From: Novakomyces olei
Taxonomy: Eukaryota
Assembly: GCA_016906335.1 (NCBI GenBank)
Contig: JADEYG010000002.1
Span: forward strand, 372,001 to 436,000
Direction of reading: 5' to 3'
DNA length: 64,000 nt
Numbering within the stretch: position 1 is the stretch's first letter; each line of letters opens with the position of its first letter. Positions 52,057 through 63,961 of the stretch are shown piece after piece. Made by a program: the position numbers and the translations under genes. The notes beneath the pieces are model-generated. The model searched no databases. It had not been told where the DNA came from and worked only from the letters and a program-made list of their open reading frames with translations.

Positions 52057-55000
52057 ATGGCCGCGGCTGCCACAATGCCGCCGCCGCCGCCGCCACAGGG
52101 ATTTAATTCGGGCTCTTCCGCAATTGATACATCAGCAGACTCTTCTGCTCGACGGCCTTATGAAAACGCTGTGCCGTCAACTTTACGCAAAACTGCTCCA
52201 CCGCCGGCGGCAGTGGCTTCACAAATGTCTTCGCCTCACTTTCCTGCCCCGCGTCGTGGTAATAGCAAGAATAGCGGCGGTGGTGGTAGCAAATACGGCA
52301 ACGATTATCCTGGTACATGTATGACTTTTGCTCTTAATCTGGTTTATTCTATGTCTGTTTCATGGGTTAACGTGCCCTTTGTGTCCTTCCCTTTTATGCT
52401 CATCCTGTTGACAAATTTTTTTTTTTTTTTGAGGAACCTGAACTCTTACCTTTTACCCATATTCATTCAATCGCCATTATTATTGCACTGCAGTCTGCTT
52501 CGTTTCTTTTCCGCATAATCAGGCTTTGAATAATGTAGCAATGCTGTGGCCCTCGAATTGGTTTGCTCATCTCAATTCGTACAAAGACACGCTTCTTCCC
52601 AATTTTTCTTCTATCTCAAAAGTCTTTTTTTGGTTCACTATCTGATCACTGATATCAATACATATTGATCTAATGCTAACAAGCAGACACAAACCAGGCG
52701 CATAAAATTCCACACCGGCCCCAAACACCGGTCGGCCCAATCGCAGGCCGACACACTCAACCAACTGCAATTTTACCTCCACTGTCACGCTCCATGTCTG
52801 CACAAGGCCTCTATGGCCCCCGTACAGAGTCCGATTTCCGCTATCCACAGCATCACCAGCAAAAGCAGAATCATTACTATCAGCTCGCCGATAGAAATTT
52901 CGTTTCGAGCAACAGACCAGGACGTGAAACGAGACAACGGTTACGTGTTAGCGGCGGCAATGGCTCAGCTGGTCAATTGCCAGCTCCTTCCGCCACAACA
53001 AACGCCTACCGTCGAAAGCTGATTGATATGCAACGCGATCAGACAATGGCTTTTGACTCTGCCGCAGCTAGACAGGAGTCTAGCCAAGGTCATTCATCCA
53101 CTGCTCCAACAGCGTCTCGGTACCACCAAGTAGCAACAGGCACAGGCACAGGTACAATTGCCCCTCAGCAGCCTTATGTACGCTCGCCTCTGCGTATGCG
53201 CTCTTCGAGTGCTATTGGAGCCTACCCTCCTGGACCAGTAGCAGCTTATAGGCAACCACAGGCACAAGCTCCACAGGCACAGCAGTACACGCATGCGGCC
53301 AGACCTAATGCGCCTCTTAAAGGCGGCCTTGTTCGTGGCCAATCGCTGCCGGATGTTCGTGTGGCACGTACCGGTGCTGGTCACGTCCCAGCAAATATGA
53401 TTAATCTTCCTGGTCATATGCCTGTTATGTTTGCTAATAACAATCCTGGTGCCAATCCTGGTCCAGGCAACGAGTACCAGAGGCACCAGCCTATGAACAA
53501 CAATGCTACCTTTCAACGTAAACCTACGGCAGCTAATTTGCCTGTGCCCAGAGCAATGCCTGTTCAGAGAGCGAATAACAATGAACCATTGAAGGCAGCT
53601 GTGCCTATTCCTACAAACATGTCTGCATTACCGGCAGCGACTGCTGCTGCTACTGCTGCTGTCGGCAGTATTCACCCTGATGTTATGATTAGAACAGACT
53701 CTGAATTGTCGGAAACTGCACCGAGTCTTGATCAAAATTCGCAAATTTCTTCATCTTCTCACACGAGTTACTCTGCGGCAACAGTAGATGAAAGTGTTGG
53801 CATTGAGCCGATCGAGGAGTACGCGGCTGATGATGATCGGCTCAAGGCTGAAAATATGGAGGCTAATACGGGGCCAAGAACGGAAAGGTTGGAAAAAGAA
53901 AACGTAATTACAACTAAAGATGCTTCAAAATTGAAACCGAGTCAGTTTCGTGCTCAATACTCTGCATCGGCTCAAATGCCTGGACGCGGCACTAAAGCAC
54001 CAGAGGCTAAAGAGCTGAGACTAACAACATCCGCCTCTTCTGCCTCAACATCAACATCAACCTCGCAGCTCTCGACGCCTGTTGCTGCAAGTCAGAGCAA
54101 TGAAACTAGTGCTAGTGCAACAGCCGGCAAGGCCTCAGGCGGTAGTACGAAACCTGTAAAATCAATGGGTGGGCGGTTAAGACGTGCAATCTCTTTCACA
54201 TCATTTACCCGCTCAAACAGCTCGTCCAGTAGCACATTTACTACTGGATCCGATGATACAGAGCCGTCGGCTGTGCAACAAAGGCCAGGAACACCGGCCT
54301 TTTCCCATAGACAGTCGAGTTTCAATGGCACTGTGCCAGACCAGGACGACATGGACAGTGCGTCTATCTCGAGCTCAACGTCTACTGCCTCACATATGAT
54401 GAAGGCTATGCGATCTGGATTCCATAAGCACAGACGCTCTATCAGCGGCATATTCCGTCGCCGTAGTCGATCTGGTGCCGAAGGCCCGGAATCGACGGGT
54501 GCAGAGACGTCTGCACGTCTAAACCTTTCGCATTCGCTGTCTGTCCCAGAAGATTTAGCTTACTTGTCGCACGGCAATGAGCAGGAAAGGGATAGAGCCG
54601 CCGTGATAGCCGGCGGTGGTGGCAACACTGGCAATTCAACAGCAGGTAAAGGAGAGCAGGCCAGCCTGTATACAGCACAGGAGCCAGTAATAATCCTTGA
54701 TTCTCTGCACTCGCCTCCGCAGCCGATTGCTGCAGTGGACCCCTGGACCTTTGACAGCCCGAGTGTGGGAGGGGACAATCTTATGGCCGGAGCAGAGACA
54801 GTGGAGGGCGCCAATATCCGTCGATCGCTGAGCTCCCGTAAACGGAACAGTGGAGAGTCGAGTCGCAGTGGGATTCACGCTGAAACTGGGGCCGATGGAC
54901 ACGGTGGAGTTGGATTCCCACTGCTGAATCCAGACACGGAGGAACTCCGCAATGATGTATTGCAAAATGGCAACAGCGATGCTGATGTTGATGCTGATGG

Positions 55001-55943
55001 TGCTGCTTATACTGGAATAAAGAACGATGAGAATGATGCCCTTACTGCGGAGGAGGAGCCAATGCAGGCACCGGAGCAGGAGGAAACGTTTGAAAACTGT
55101 GTTGAGAATGCATGGGCAAGCAAGGAGGGCAGTTGCATAGATTGCCACGATGTGCAGAACCCGTCGAAGCAGACTGGCAGTATTGATGAAGCTCATGTGT
55201 CGTCCCGGATGGTATCTCGACCATACCCTCATAGCATGCCCAAGAGTATATTGAAACGCCGAGTCTCTTACGAGGCAATGAGTGCTGAAGAATGGTATGA
55301 TGAAGGAGCTGCAGCTCAATACTATGAAAAAGATTCAAGTGATGAGCAAAATGGATTGGAGTATACGGGCTCTTTTGCGTCTACTGGGCCATCGGGCGGT
55401 TCTTTGGGGGCCTCACCTATCAGAACCAGGCAGAGCTCGTTTACAAACACTCCGGACCGTGAAGCTTTAGTGGAGAGAGCCGACCGCATCATGCGAGAGG
55501 CTACTCTGCCCTTGAGCGAAAGGCTGGAGTTAGATATGTCTATTTCCGCGGAAGGGTTCGCATCTGACTTTGAGAGAATTGCTCAGGAGATTGAGGGAGA
55601 ACAGGATACAGCAGGGTTTGGCAACAGTCATAAGGAGACTCAGGATAGAGGCATGAGCTGTCGCGCAGACACAACACAAACCGGAGGGGTACAAGAACAA
55701 GTATCGCCCGAGTCGGTCTCTTCTTCATCGTCTTGTTTGCGACGGAACTGTTCTTTTGCACCTCATATTAGTATCTGCGATACATGGACGGCTTCAGAGT
55801 ACGATAGGCGTAGTGAGCAGGCTACTTGTAATCGTTTGACACCTCTTCTGGCGCAAAAGATCAAAGAAGAATTAAATTCGTTTAAATTGAACGAAATGAT
55901 GGTGCACGAGCACTCGCGCAAATTTACTCAGCTTTTTGCATAA
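52057..55943 (+). CDS. Bni4-like putative PP1-targeting protein, mostly disordered; intron 52313-52686
   Basis: C-terminal DTWTASEYDRR..ATCNRLTPLLAQKIKEELNSFK..EM.VH..SR.FTQLF and KSILK; exon 1 joins the 1049-aa ORF in frame via GTACAT...GCTAACAAGCAG. Confidence 0.8.
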
Positions 55944-57638
55944 TTTTAAATGGAAAGAGCACAGAGACGTAAAAATGTTTATGCAATCTGTTCCTACCGG
56001 ATTGATCCTACCGACTTAACACTGGATCAGATGCTAAGAGCGTTAAACATATTGTGACGACAGTGTGCTTGTGTTTGTCGTTGAGGTGACGAAACTGACT
56101 ATTACGATCTTTTTTCTAACTCTAATTTTCATTCATTCATTTTCAGTTTGGAATTTATATTAGAAATTGCAAAGCGCCTCTGTGCGCAATAGAGCAATTT
56201 GGTTTTTTTAACTAATATTAAAATGATTTGTTTTGTTTACATGTGGTTACGGTATCATTTGGCGCTTGTTATGAGATTTTAAATCAATTATTACACAATG
56301 ATTATAATTGGATGCAGATGAAAGGGGCAAGTTTGTTGATGTCAATTCAATTGGCAAAATTATATGGCGAATTGATTGTTTTTTTTTTGTTTTTTTTTGT
56401 TTTATAAGTATGTTTTTAATCCTTGTATTTACGGTCGTGTGTGCAATTGAATTTCTATGCTACGCGTAACGTTACCTACGCATGTTTTCAAGATCGCGTT
56501 AATGATACTGAATGTTTGTTGTACATCACGAAATGTCGCGTTGTACATTGTACTGCATATTGAATAAGGACAATGCAATGTATTCGCGACTTTGGGAATG
56601 AAAACGCATTTTTATGATACGCGTGCGTGGCTTTTAATGAACGAAACCTTGGACATAGATCGGCGTCTATTTCGATCTTACACCAAAAAGACATATGTTT
56701 ATCGTGTCTAGTGTCCCCGTATATAATAATATTAGATCTAATCTCGCTTTGCAAACTCCAAATTGAGGCTTGTACGCAGGAGTAGAATAATTCATCGGCT
56801 CAATATGTCAGCTATCGCGAATTACTTGTTGTTGAGCTAAATAGTACATTCCTTACATATTCACCGCACGATCTACAGCTTTGGGTTTTACTTGAACACG
56901 TCCTCGACGTATTGTAGACTGCTTATTACCCAAGCTGGATCCATGCATTGTGTTTGTATCTACAATATAGAACGATAAACATTACGTCATTGACTGATAT
57001 TTATGATAATATAGAGATGGCAATTCATTGCGGTCAATCACAAATAAAAAACGCCGCAATTACGGTGCAACCAAAGATGTAGAATGTCGTCGTTTGCCAA
57101 TATACCGAGCAAGGTAGCCAAACGGTTTATCCCCTGATCTTTGTCGCTAATTTTATGATGTAGCTTGATGGATACCTGCAAGTGATAGCCGGCTACGTTA
57201 TTATTGTACTAGCATGCGTGACAGGAAAAAATATCCAGTATGCCGTTGGTGAAGATTGGGTTCGTAAAGGCAGGAGCACGCTACGACTTTCACGTTCTGT
57301 AGGAACTTCGGAGAAAGCACCACGGACCCGCATACGGGGTCTATACTATGCAGAAGCGATTCAAGCTTTTGGACTACTGTTGAAATGTATGGCTATACAT
57401 TGCCCAGGTTGGGGCCTTGAAGGAATCGGTGAGCGATTCGAAGAAAGAGGAAAATTCCTGTATGATAGGAATGTTCAAGAAATTACTAGGCTCGGATGGT
57501 ACTGCCGGCCGCACCCGTCACCGGCTATTCAAGGCCGTTCTTGACAAAAGTTGAACTATAAGGCTAAAGTTACCATACTACCATGACAAAAAAATGTTTC
57601 TCAATTATTAAACTGTTTCTTTAACTTATATGTAGACT

Positions 57639-59351
57639 CTATTTAAAGACCTTGCCGTCAGCAAATGGCCACGTTTTGCCATCTCGCTGCAAATCTTTGT
57701 CCCAAGCCCAGGAATCTTCCAGAAACTCTTTATCTGCGGCATTGCTGATGTCAAGCGGCTTGAAGTCATAAGATTCCCAGTCTGGCGCAACATCAAAGGC
57801 AGGTGCAAAGTCTTTACCTTTGATTACAAAGGCACCAGTGATGAGGTTATTGTTGTTTTCGCCGTAGACTGCCAGACAGCCAAAGATGAACTTGCGAGAT
57901 GCCTCCAGCCTTTGGAAGAACCCCCCAATCAGGTTGTTGGACTGGAAAGTCAGACCCAGCTCATCATTGTATTTGTAATCAACTTGCCACAGAGAATAGT
58001 GGTCCTTATCAAAGTGCTCGTAAAACCAATTAAGAGCATCGGGGCGAGTATCAAGGTTCGAGTATGCACGCTTCCAATCGTCCAAAACAAGTGAACCGTT
58101 CGAAAGCTCTGCAAGAGGGTGCTTTGGCTTGGGAGCAGGCTTTGGCTCTTCCTCCTCGGCTGCAGGAGCTTCTTTTGCTTTAGGCGCTTTTTCTTTAGCA
58201 GCACCTCCAGTCTGCTTAGGCTTAGCTGTCGCCTCAGTCTGTTTAGGCTTAGTAGCATCCTTCTTCTCCTTCTTAGCGGGCTCTGGAGTCTTTTCAACCA
58301 AAACTAATTCGCCAACTATTTCCGAGAATCGGGCCTGTCCATAGACAGTGCGGAACCATCGCATGACATTAGGATATTTTTGGCGAATCTCAGGACCTAA
58401 AAACTCCTTGAAGAAACGCACCAAGAGACCTGCTACAAAAGCATCAGCCAGTGTAAGACGCTCAGACACGAGGAAAGTACGGCTGAGCAGAGCGAGTTCG
58501 AGATTGTTCAGTGCTTTGTGAGTGTTGACAATAGCCTTGTCAACATTAGGCTTCAAATATGGGTCAAGACCAACTGTAGGACGCCACCAGCCAGCGCAAG
58601 CAGCTGCAAGACTGCTGGTACCGAAAGAGCACCATGAGAGCACACTTGCGTATTCCTGCTTTGTCTTGCCAAGTAAGGTGGTATGGGGATCCTGGCTTGC
58701 CACTTCACGATGAAAAGTTAGTGATTTCAACGATAATCAACAATGGAGAGAGAAAGAAAAAGTAGTTGTGTTTGAATGCAGAATGAAAAACATAAATTAA
58801 GTTTAGCTTTTAGTTTATTCAGATTCAACTTTATCAACAATAGTCTTCAGACAGGGATAACTGATGATAAAATTTTTCATCATTTCAGAGCTAAACGAAA
58901 TGCAGCAAAGCAGTAAAGAGACCCTCATCGATTCAAGCTAAATAGCAAATCATTGCTTTTAGATAAATAGCTCCCAACAGTAAAAGTGAAGGTATTGTGA
59001 AAGTCCAGCACAAAAAAATCTTCAGGCCCAAAGGACCTCAATTTCACCTTGAAGTGAAGATATGCAAATTCTCACTTACGGTAAACGGCTATGGCCAGAC
59101 ATTCAGTCAATGCAAAGCCGTCAGCGCCAACAAAAGCCGGAATCTGTCGCATTGGGAACTTGAGTCCATATTCGGCAGGGATATCATTAGACACGGTCTC
59201 CACAAGTTTGACGTCGAGCTTGTTTTCACGAATTACATAAAGCAGGGCTAGAAAAAAATACTTAGAATATGGACTACATTTGAATGCCAAATGATGACTT
59301 ACGCACTGAGCGTGTATTTTTTGCGCTGCCATATAGAGTGCCGAACGACAT
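57639..59351 (-). CDS. TEF4: Elongation factor EF1B-gamma; introns 59302-59248 and 59079-58703
   Basis: GST-like N-domain (KFPMRQIPAFVGADGFALTE), Lys/Ala linker, C-domain KPKHPL..LDDWKRAYSN..FQSNNLIGGFFQRL..APDWESY. Confidence 0.97.
58816..58888 (-). ncRNA. snR38: Intronic box C/D snoRNA, snR38-like
   Basis: Box C ATGATGA 58883-58877; guide CAGTTATCCCTGT 58863-58851, complementary to LSU rRNA ACAGGGATAACTG; D' CTGA 58850-58847; D CTGA 58822-58819; lies in EF1B-gamma intron 2, matching the yeast TEF4 host. Confidence 0.9.
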
Positions 59352-59591
59352 GGTGGAAGCAAAGTTTGATATCAATTCGACAAAATTTTTTCGCCTTGCT
59401 ACAAGCGATTTCACCTCACATTATAATTCAATGGATAAATATATAGATAATCTTTTATATTATTATATGTAACATCAAAGAGCGGTAGATAAATAATTTG
59501 CATTATATAGCCTTTTGGAACCTTGGGACTAGATATTTTTTTAGGAGACTGAGGCAGGCCTATAGGGCATAGAGTACATTACGGTGGCACA

Positions 59592-60554
59592 ATGATTTGG
59601 CCTAAACGTCTGTATGCTCGGCCTGCAACTAATATAGGAAGGATTTTAAGACAATTGTCAGGCGGCCCAGTACAAGGCCGTAGTATAAGGGTCGACTTTG
59701 CTCCGGCGAGTCCTTCATATTTTACGGGCGAGGCCGCCTTCACTGATAATTTATTATCAATCGAAGATGTGGCGCGCCGAGCATCCGCATTACCGCGATT
59801 GCCCGCTGACAGGGCTCCGCCGACTTCGTGGGTCACGCTTGAGCAATACAGGATCATTGGAAATGATCCTCTTGCTCGGATATCGCAATTACGCAAAATA
59901 TACAATTTACTCTCAGATTTAAATCGTATTTTACCGGAACACCAGACCGACGAAGTCAGGTCGGTGATCGCACGTTTTGCACGGACAGAGCTACAAACAG
60001 TCTCCGAGCGCAAGCCCCGAACACTGGACGCACTGGGGAGAGCTTATGAAACAGGGAGGCGCAAGTCTTCTTCAGCAAAGGTTTGGCTCGTTCGTTCAAG
60101 ACCAGAGGAGGTAGCAGACGATTCCAGTTCGAACAATATTCTTGTAAATGGATCGTCTCTTTCAGAGTATTTCTGTCGTATTAAGGATAGATCAAGTGCC
60201 ATTTGGCCTTTGGTGGCAACGGACCGGCTTCAGAATTACAACGCTTGGATTCGCGTTGACGGAGGCGGCAACACTGGCCAAGCAGACGCTGTCAAACTTG
60301 GAGTTGCTCGTGCGCTTTTAGTGTTTGAGCCAACGCTAAAGCCGTTGTTACGTGCAGGTATATTTTTACCTCTCTATTTTTATGTTTTTGGTGTACAAGA
60401 GGTAGCTGACAAGTACAGCCGGTTGTGTTACCAGGGATGCGAGGGCTGTTGAACGGAAAAAGCCAGGCCAACCTAAGGTATTGTATCGTATTTTCATAGA
60501 ATTTTATCTAATGCAGCACAGGCACGCAAGAAGTTTACATGGGTCAAACGATAG
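59592..60554 (+). CDS. MRPS9: Mitochondrial ribosomal protein uS9m; 2 introns
   Basis: GRRKSSSAKVWL, GGGNTGQADA..LGVARAL, spliced end TRDARAVERKKPG..KARKKFTWVKR*. Confidence 0.95.
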
Positions 60555-60907
60555 GCGAAAAATTATCGGTTTACAATTTTCATTCGAACAAGGGACACTT
60601 CATTATTCATCAATACTCTTTCGGCTTACTAGTGTCGGCAGAGTTTCAATAAGCCCTCCTTTACGGCTTTTGTCATGGAAACATAGATGGACAATACCAT
60701 GGATTTATTCCTTCATTGAATATAGAAATGAATTTTGATAATAATCGTAAAAAAGCAATATAACTATAGAATAAGAAATGAATAAGTAAATAGTTGTGTA
60801 GAGAAAGAAGTATGAAGCATAAATTCGTTCGGTGATAAGCAATACTCAAATTATAGAAGAAGCATAATTGGGTTGTCCTAACAAAATATTTTTTTAAGCA
60901 GCCAAAG

Positions 60908-62020
60908 ATGACGGAGGAGCAAAAGATTGTTCCCTCAAATGAAGGGCTAGAGGCCGAGGCTCTCAAACAAGTTGGTATGCATGAAACAAAAGTTCCTTAT
61001 CCCCTTAAAGTTACTAATCGTCTTTTCAAAGAATTTTATTTTAGCGATTCGAATTTGCCTCATGACAAATTTCTTTGGACAGCGACATCAAAAAATCATG
61101 GCTGGATACCAATTGCATCACTGGCAAGCTTCAAGAGAATGCGACGCTTTGGAGGTGACCTTAAGTTCATCGCGTCTGCGTTGCGCAAAAGCCCCGACCT
61201 TTTGGAAGTCGATGCCAAAGGTGAAAAAGTTCGCCGGCGTACGCCCCTACTGCATCCTGCTGAACAAAAGAAGCTTATACAGCGAGGTGAAGCAGTAGCG
61301 CCTGTAGATCGTAGCGTCTATCTTAAAGGGTTTTCAGTCTTGGATCCTGAGCCTGAGGATTATCAGATCACGCTCGAAAAATGGATCAGTAAACTGGGTG
61401 AACGTCTTAGCCTAGGAAAGATTAATTTGGTGCGTATGAGACGCGATGATAAAAAGGGATTCAAGGGATCCTTATTTGTTGAGTTTTCGAACCAGGATGA
61501 TCAACGGAAGTTCTTAGAGTCTGGTCCTTATTTTTATAAGAATGGAATTCAAGCAGAGGCTGAACACAAATCTTCAGCTGAAAACGCTGAACAAATTAAT
61601 GAACTGAGCACATCTTTGGATGGCGATAAAGGTTATCAAGATAATCAAGCATTTCAAACAGAAGATACTAGAGCCGAGAAAGAGGCTGGAGACGTGAGCG
61701 TCGAAGATAAAGAGCAAAATGTTACAATTACCGTAAATACGTCTGAACAAAAGTCCGCCATCACTACTGAAAACAAACCGAGCGACAAGGAAGAGCAGCC
61801 GCTCTTATTGATGTCAAAGAAGGCCTATGTGGATATGAAGGCTGAGGAGTATTCCAAGAACCCCGACAAGCCGGGCCGCAAACCAAACTTCAACGCATAC
61901 AGAGAAATGTCACAGCGAAAGAAACATAAATCAAAGGCACAAGGCGAGGCTGCCAATAATACCTCAAAGAAGCGGAAACGGGAAGCGGAAGAAGTTTCTG
62001 AACAAGATGTAAAAAAGTGA
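60908..62020 (+). CDS. LHP1: La protein (La motif plus RRM); in-frame intron 60975-61031
   Basis: Spliced [55 protein letters not shown]. Confidence 0.93.
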   Translation: MTEEQKIVPSNEGLEAEALKQVGMHETKVPYPLKVTNRLFKEFYFSDSNLPHDKFLWTATSKNHGWIPIASLASFKRMRRFGGDLKFIASALRKSPDLLEVDAKGEKVRRRTPLLHPAEQKKLIQRGEAVAPVDRSVYLKGFSVLDPEPEDYQITLEKWISKLGERLSLGKINLVRMRRDDKKGFKGSLFVEFSNQDDQRKFLESGPYFYKNGIQAEAEHKSSAENAEQINELSTSLDGDKGYQDNQAFQTEDTRAEKEAGDVSVEDKEQNVTITVNTSEQKSAITTENKPSDKEEQPLLLMSKKAYVDMKAEEYSKNPDKPGRKPNFNAYREMSQRKKHKSKAQGEAANNTSKKRKREAEEVSEQDVKK

Positions 62021-62883
62021 CTGTTCTCAATCTTTTAGTCCTTGTTCGGCCTGTCTTTAATAGAAAAATATTACGTGTCGGTTTAATTCTAGGCATATTT
62101 CTGATAATTAAGACCAATAAAAGATCAGCGTTTGATTTCTAGCTACTAATAGAGTCACGGCACGAAATAAAGGAACTTCGTCTTCGAAATTTACATTCTA
62201 TTTGTTGATGTCTTCCATTCATTAAGACTTTTATTTCTGCGGAATGCGCTTCACAAGATTGTTTCCTGAGAAGCACTTTTTGTAATATCAGAGATTCAGC
62301 CGTAATAATATTGATAAAGTCTCCAGAGATGTATGAGGTACTCATTTCTGAAAAGCCCAGCCTTTATTTTCAATGATGCCTGACCGGAGACAGAACGAAA
62401 CTAAGGGAGATACCAATTGCTTTAATTAATTGATAGCAAAGCCAAATAGATTATTTCAACAAATGATGAAGCCACAATGCCATGGATTCCAATGATATAA
62501 ATAAAAGAGGCCAATCTATATCATATCAATTTGCTCGTTGACAAAAAAAGTGAATTCAGGGAAAGTGAGCGCTGTATATTTGGATCGCAATTTAAAGGGA
62601 TGCGTATATAAACAGGTTTGGGATGGGATGCAGAGAAATTTCCAGATATAAATATAGTCTAAGGGTGCATTATATCAAAATCTAATAGACTAATATTATT
62701 ATTACTATTATTATGTTAGTGGTCAATTCTTATCGCACTTCTAAGAGTATTAGGAATCGTAATTGAAATCGGTGATTGTAATTAAGAAGGCGGCCACCAG
62801 GGCGCCGTAACAAATACTCGTAGTAAAACAGTTAATAACTCTGGCTTTCAAAAGCGGCGGAAGGCCGGCCTTTTATAGCCTTT

Positions 62884-63060
62884 AAGACAAAGAACAAAGA
62901 ACAAAGAACAAAGAACAAAGAACAAAGAACAAAGAACAAAGACAAGGACAGAGAGCGAAGGCCCATACAATATTTCCCTTTTTAGAAACTACCTCTACAA
63001 GGGAGGTAAGGGGCCCCATAGTCTTATATGTTATTCTTAGTCTTATTCTTATTCTTATTC

Positions 63061-63108
<48 letters not shown>
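62884..63108. repeat. (AGAACAA)n heptamer array, about 8 copies, then (TTATTC)n/(ATT)n microsatellite
   Basis: Read directly at 62884-62945 and 63030-63108. Confidence 0.9.
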
Positions 63109-63109
<1 letters not shown>

Positions 63110-63166
63110 GTAAGTATCCACCGTAAACTACATCTGAATCGTTCCCTTGTAGACCAAATAGGTAAT

Positions 63167-63961
63167 TGTAAGGTGGCCCTTAGAGGGGAGCACCGCGGTG
63201 TAAACTCGCGTGTCGCTACAGGCGAACACGGACTGTCCTTTGCGAGACCGCTCGACAAAGGAAGTTCAATCGGGTACCGCGCGAAGCGAGTACCGAGAAA
63301 CGGGAACGTAGACTTGCGCCCGGCGCAAGAACTAAGGAAAAGGAAAAGGACGTTGTCCTTGAAAAGGCGACGGCGCTTCTCTAAAGCTTACCTGCTACAA
63401 GGTTATGTAGCAACTTTGAGATTATAAGCCCGTGGAGAGAGTTCTCTCCATGGGCGACTATGTAGACTATCCTATGAGGCTTAGCGGCTCGCTTAGCCAC
63501 TTCGCGGCCTAAGCCTCATCCCACCACGATCTCAATGCGATGGTCCCAGACCATCCGCATTGGGAAAGCGGTGGCGAGCTATGAACTCTATGGATCGATC
63601 TATCTAGCTTCGTAGCGATGCGCGATCGCTACTACTACTGTCATGCGCCGCGACGTGCCTACGTCGCGCGGGCATGGACGTGGACCTGCTTCGCGCGAGC
63701 CAGGTCCAACCTGCTCGCGAGCTAGGCCACTTACGCGCTTCGCGCGAGTAATGTCCAACATTACCTCGCGCGAGCTATTTAGATCTATCTAGCCTGAAGT
63801 CATCGCCTTTGGCGCTACAGGACTTCAGGCGTCGTTCGCTGTCGTGGTTCACGCGAGGCGGGGATCATGACACTATCCCCCCTTTCTAGGGCGAGGTCTC
63901 CGCGCCTATGAAAACCACGTTAGCTACTAGACTGCTATATAAGTGCGCTTTCGGCAATAAA
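63167..63961 (+). other. GC-rich non-coding array of about 15 consecutive hairpins (structured RNA or LTR-like element, unassigned)
   Basis: Hand-paired stems include 63236-63262, 63428-63455, 63474-63519, 63530-63565 and 63792-63830; no credible ORF. Confidence 0.8.

Noticed and set aside
62463-62560. ATGATGA as a possible snoRNA box C
   Set aside because: No CTGA box D at a suitable distance and no recognisable guide.
62882-63427. ORFs 62882-63121 and 63173-63427
   Set aside because: The first is a translated microsatellite; the second is a GTG-start frame across hairpins with no protein-like features.
63521-63574. Twister-ribozyme resemblance (CCACC...CAATGC..GGTCCCA...GGTGG)
   Set aside because: Lacks the UAA after P1, the loop GC pseudoknot partner and the GAGGG strand; it folds as a simple hairpin.
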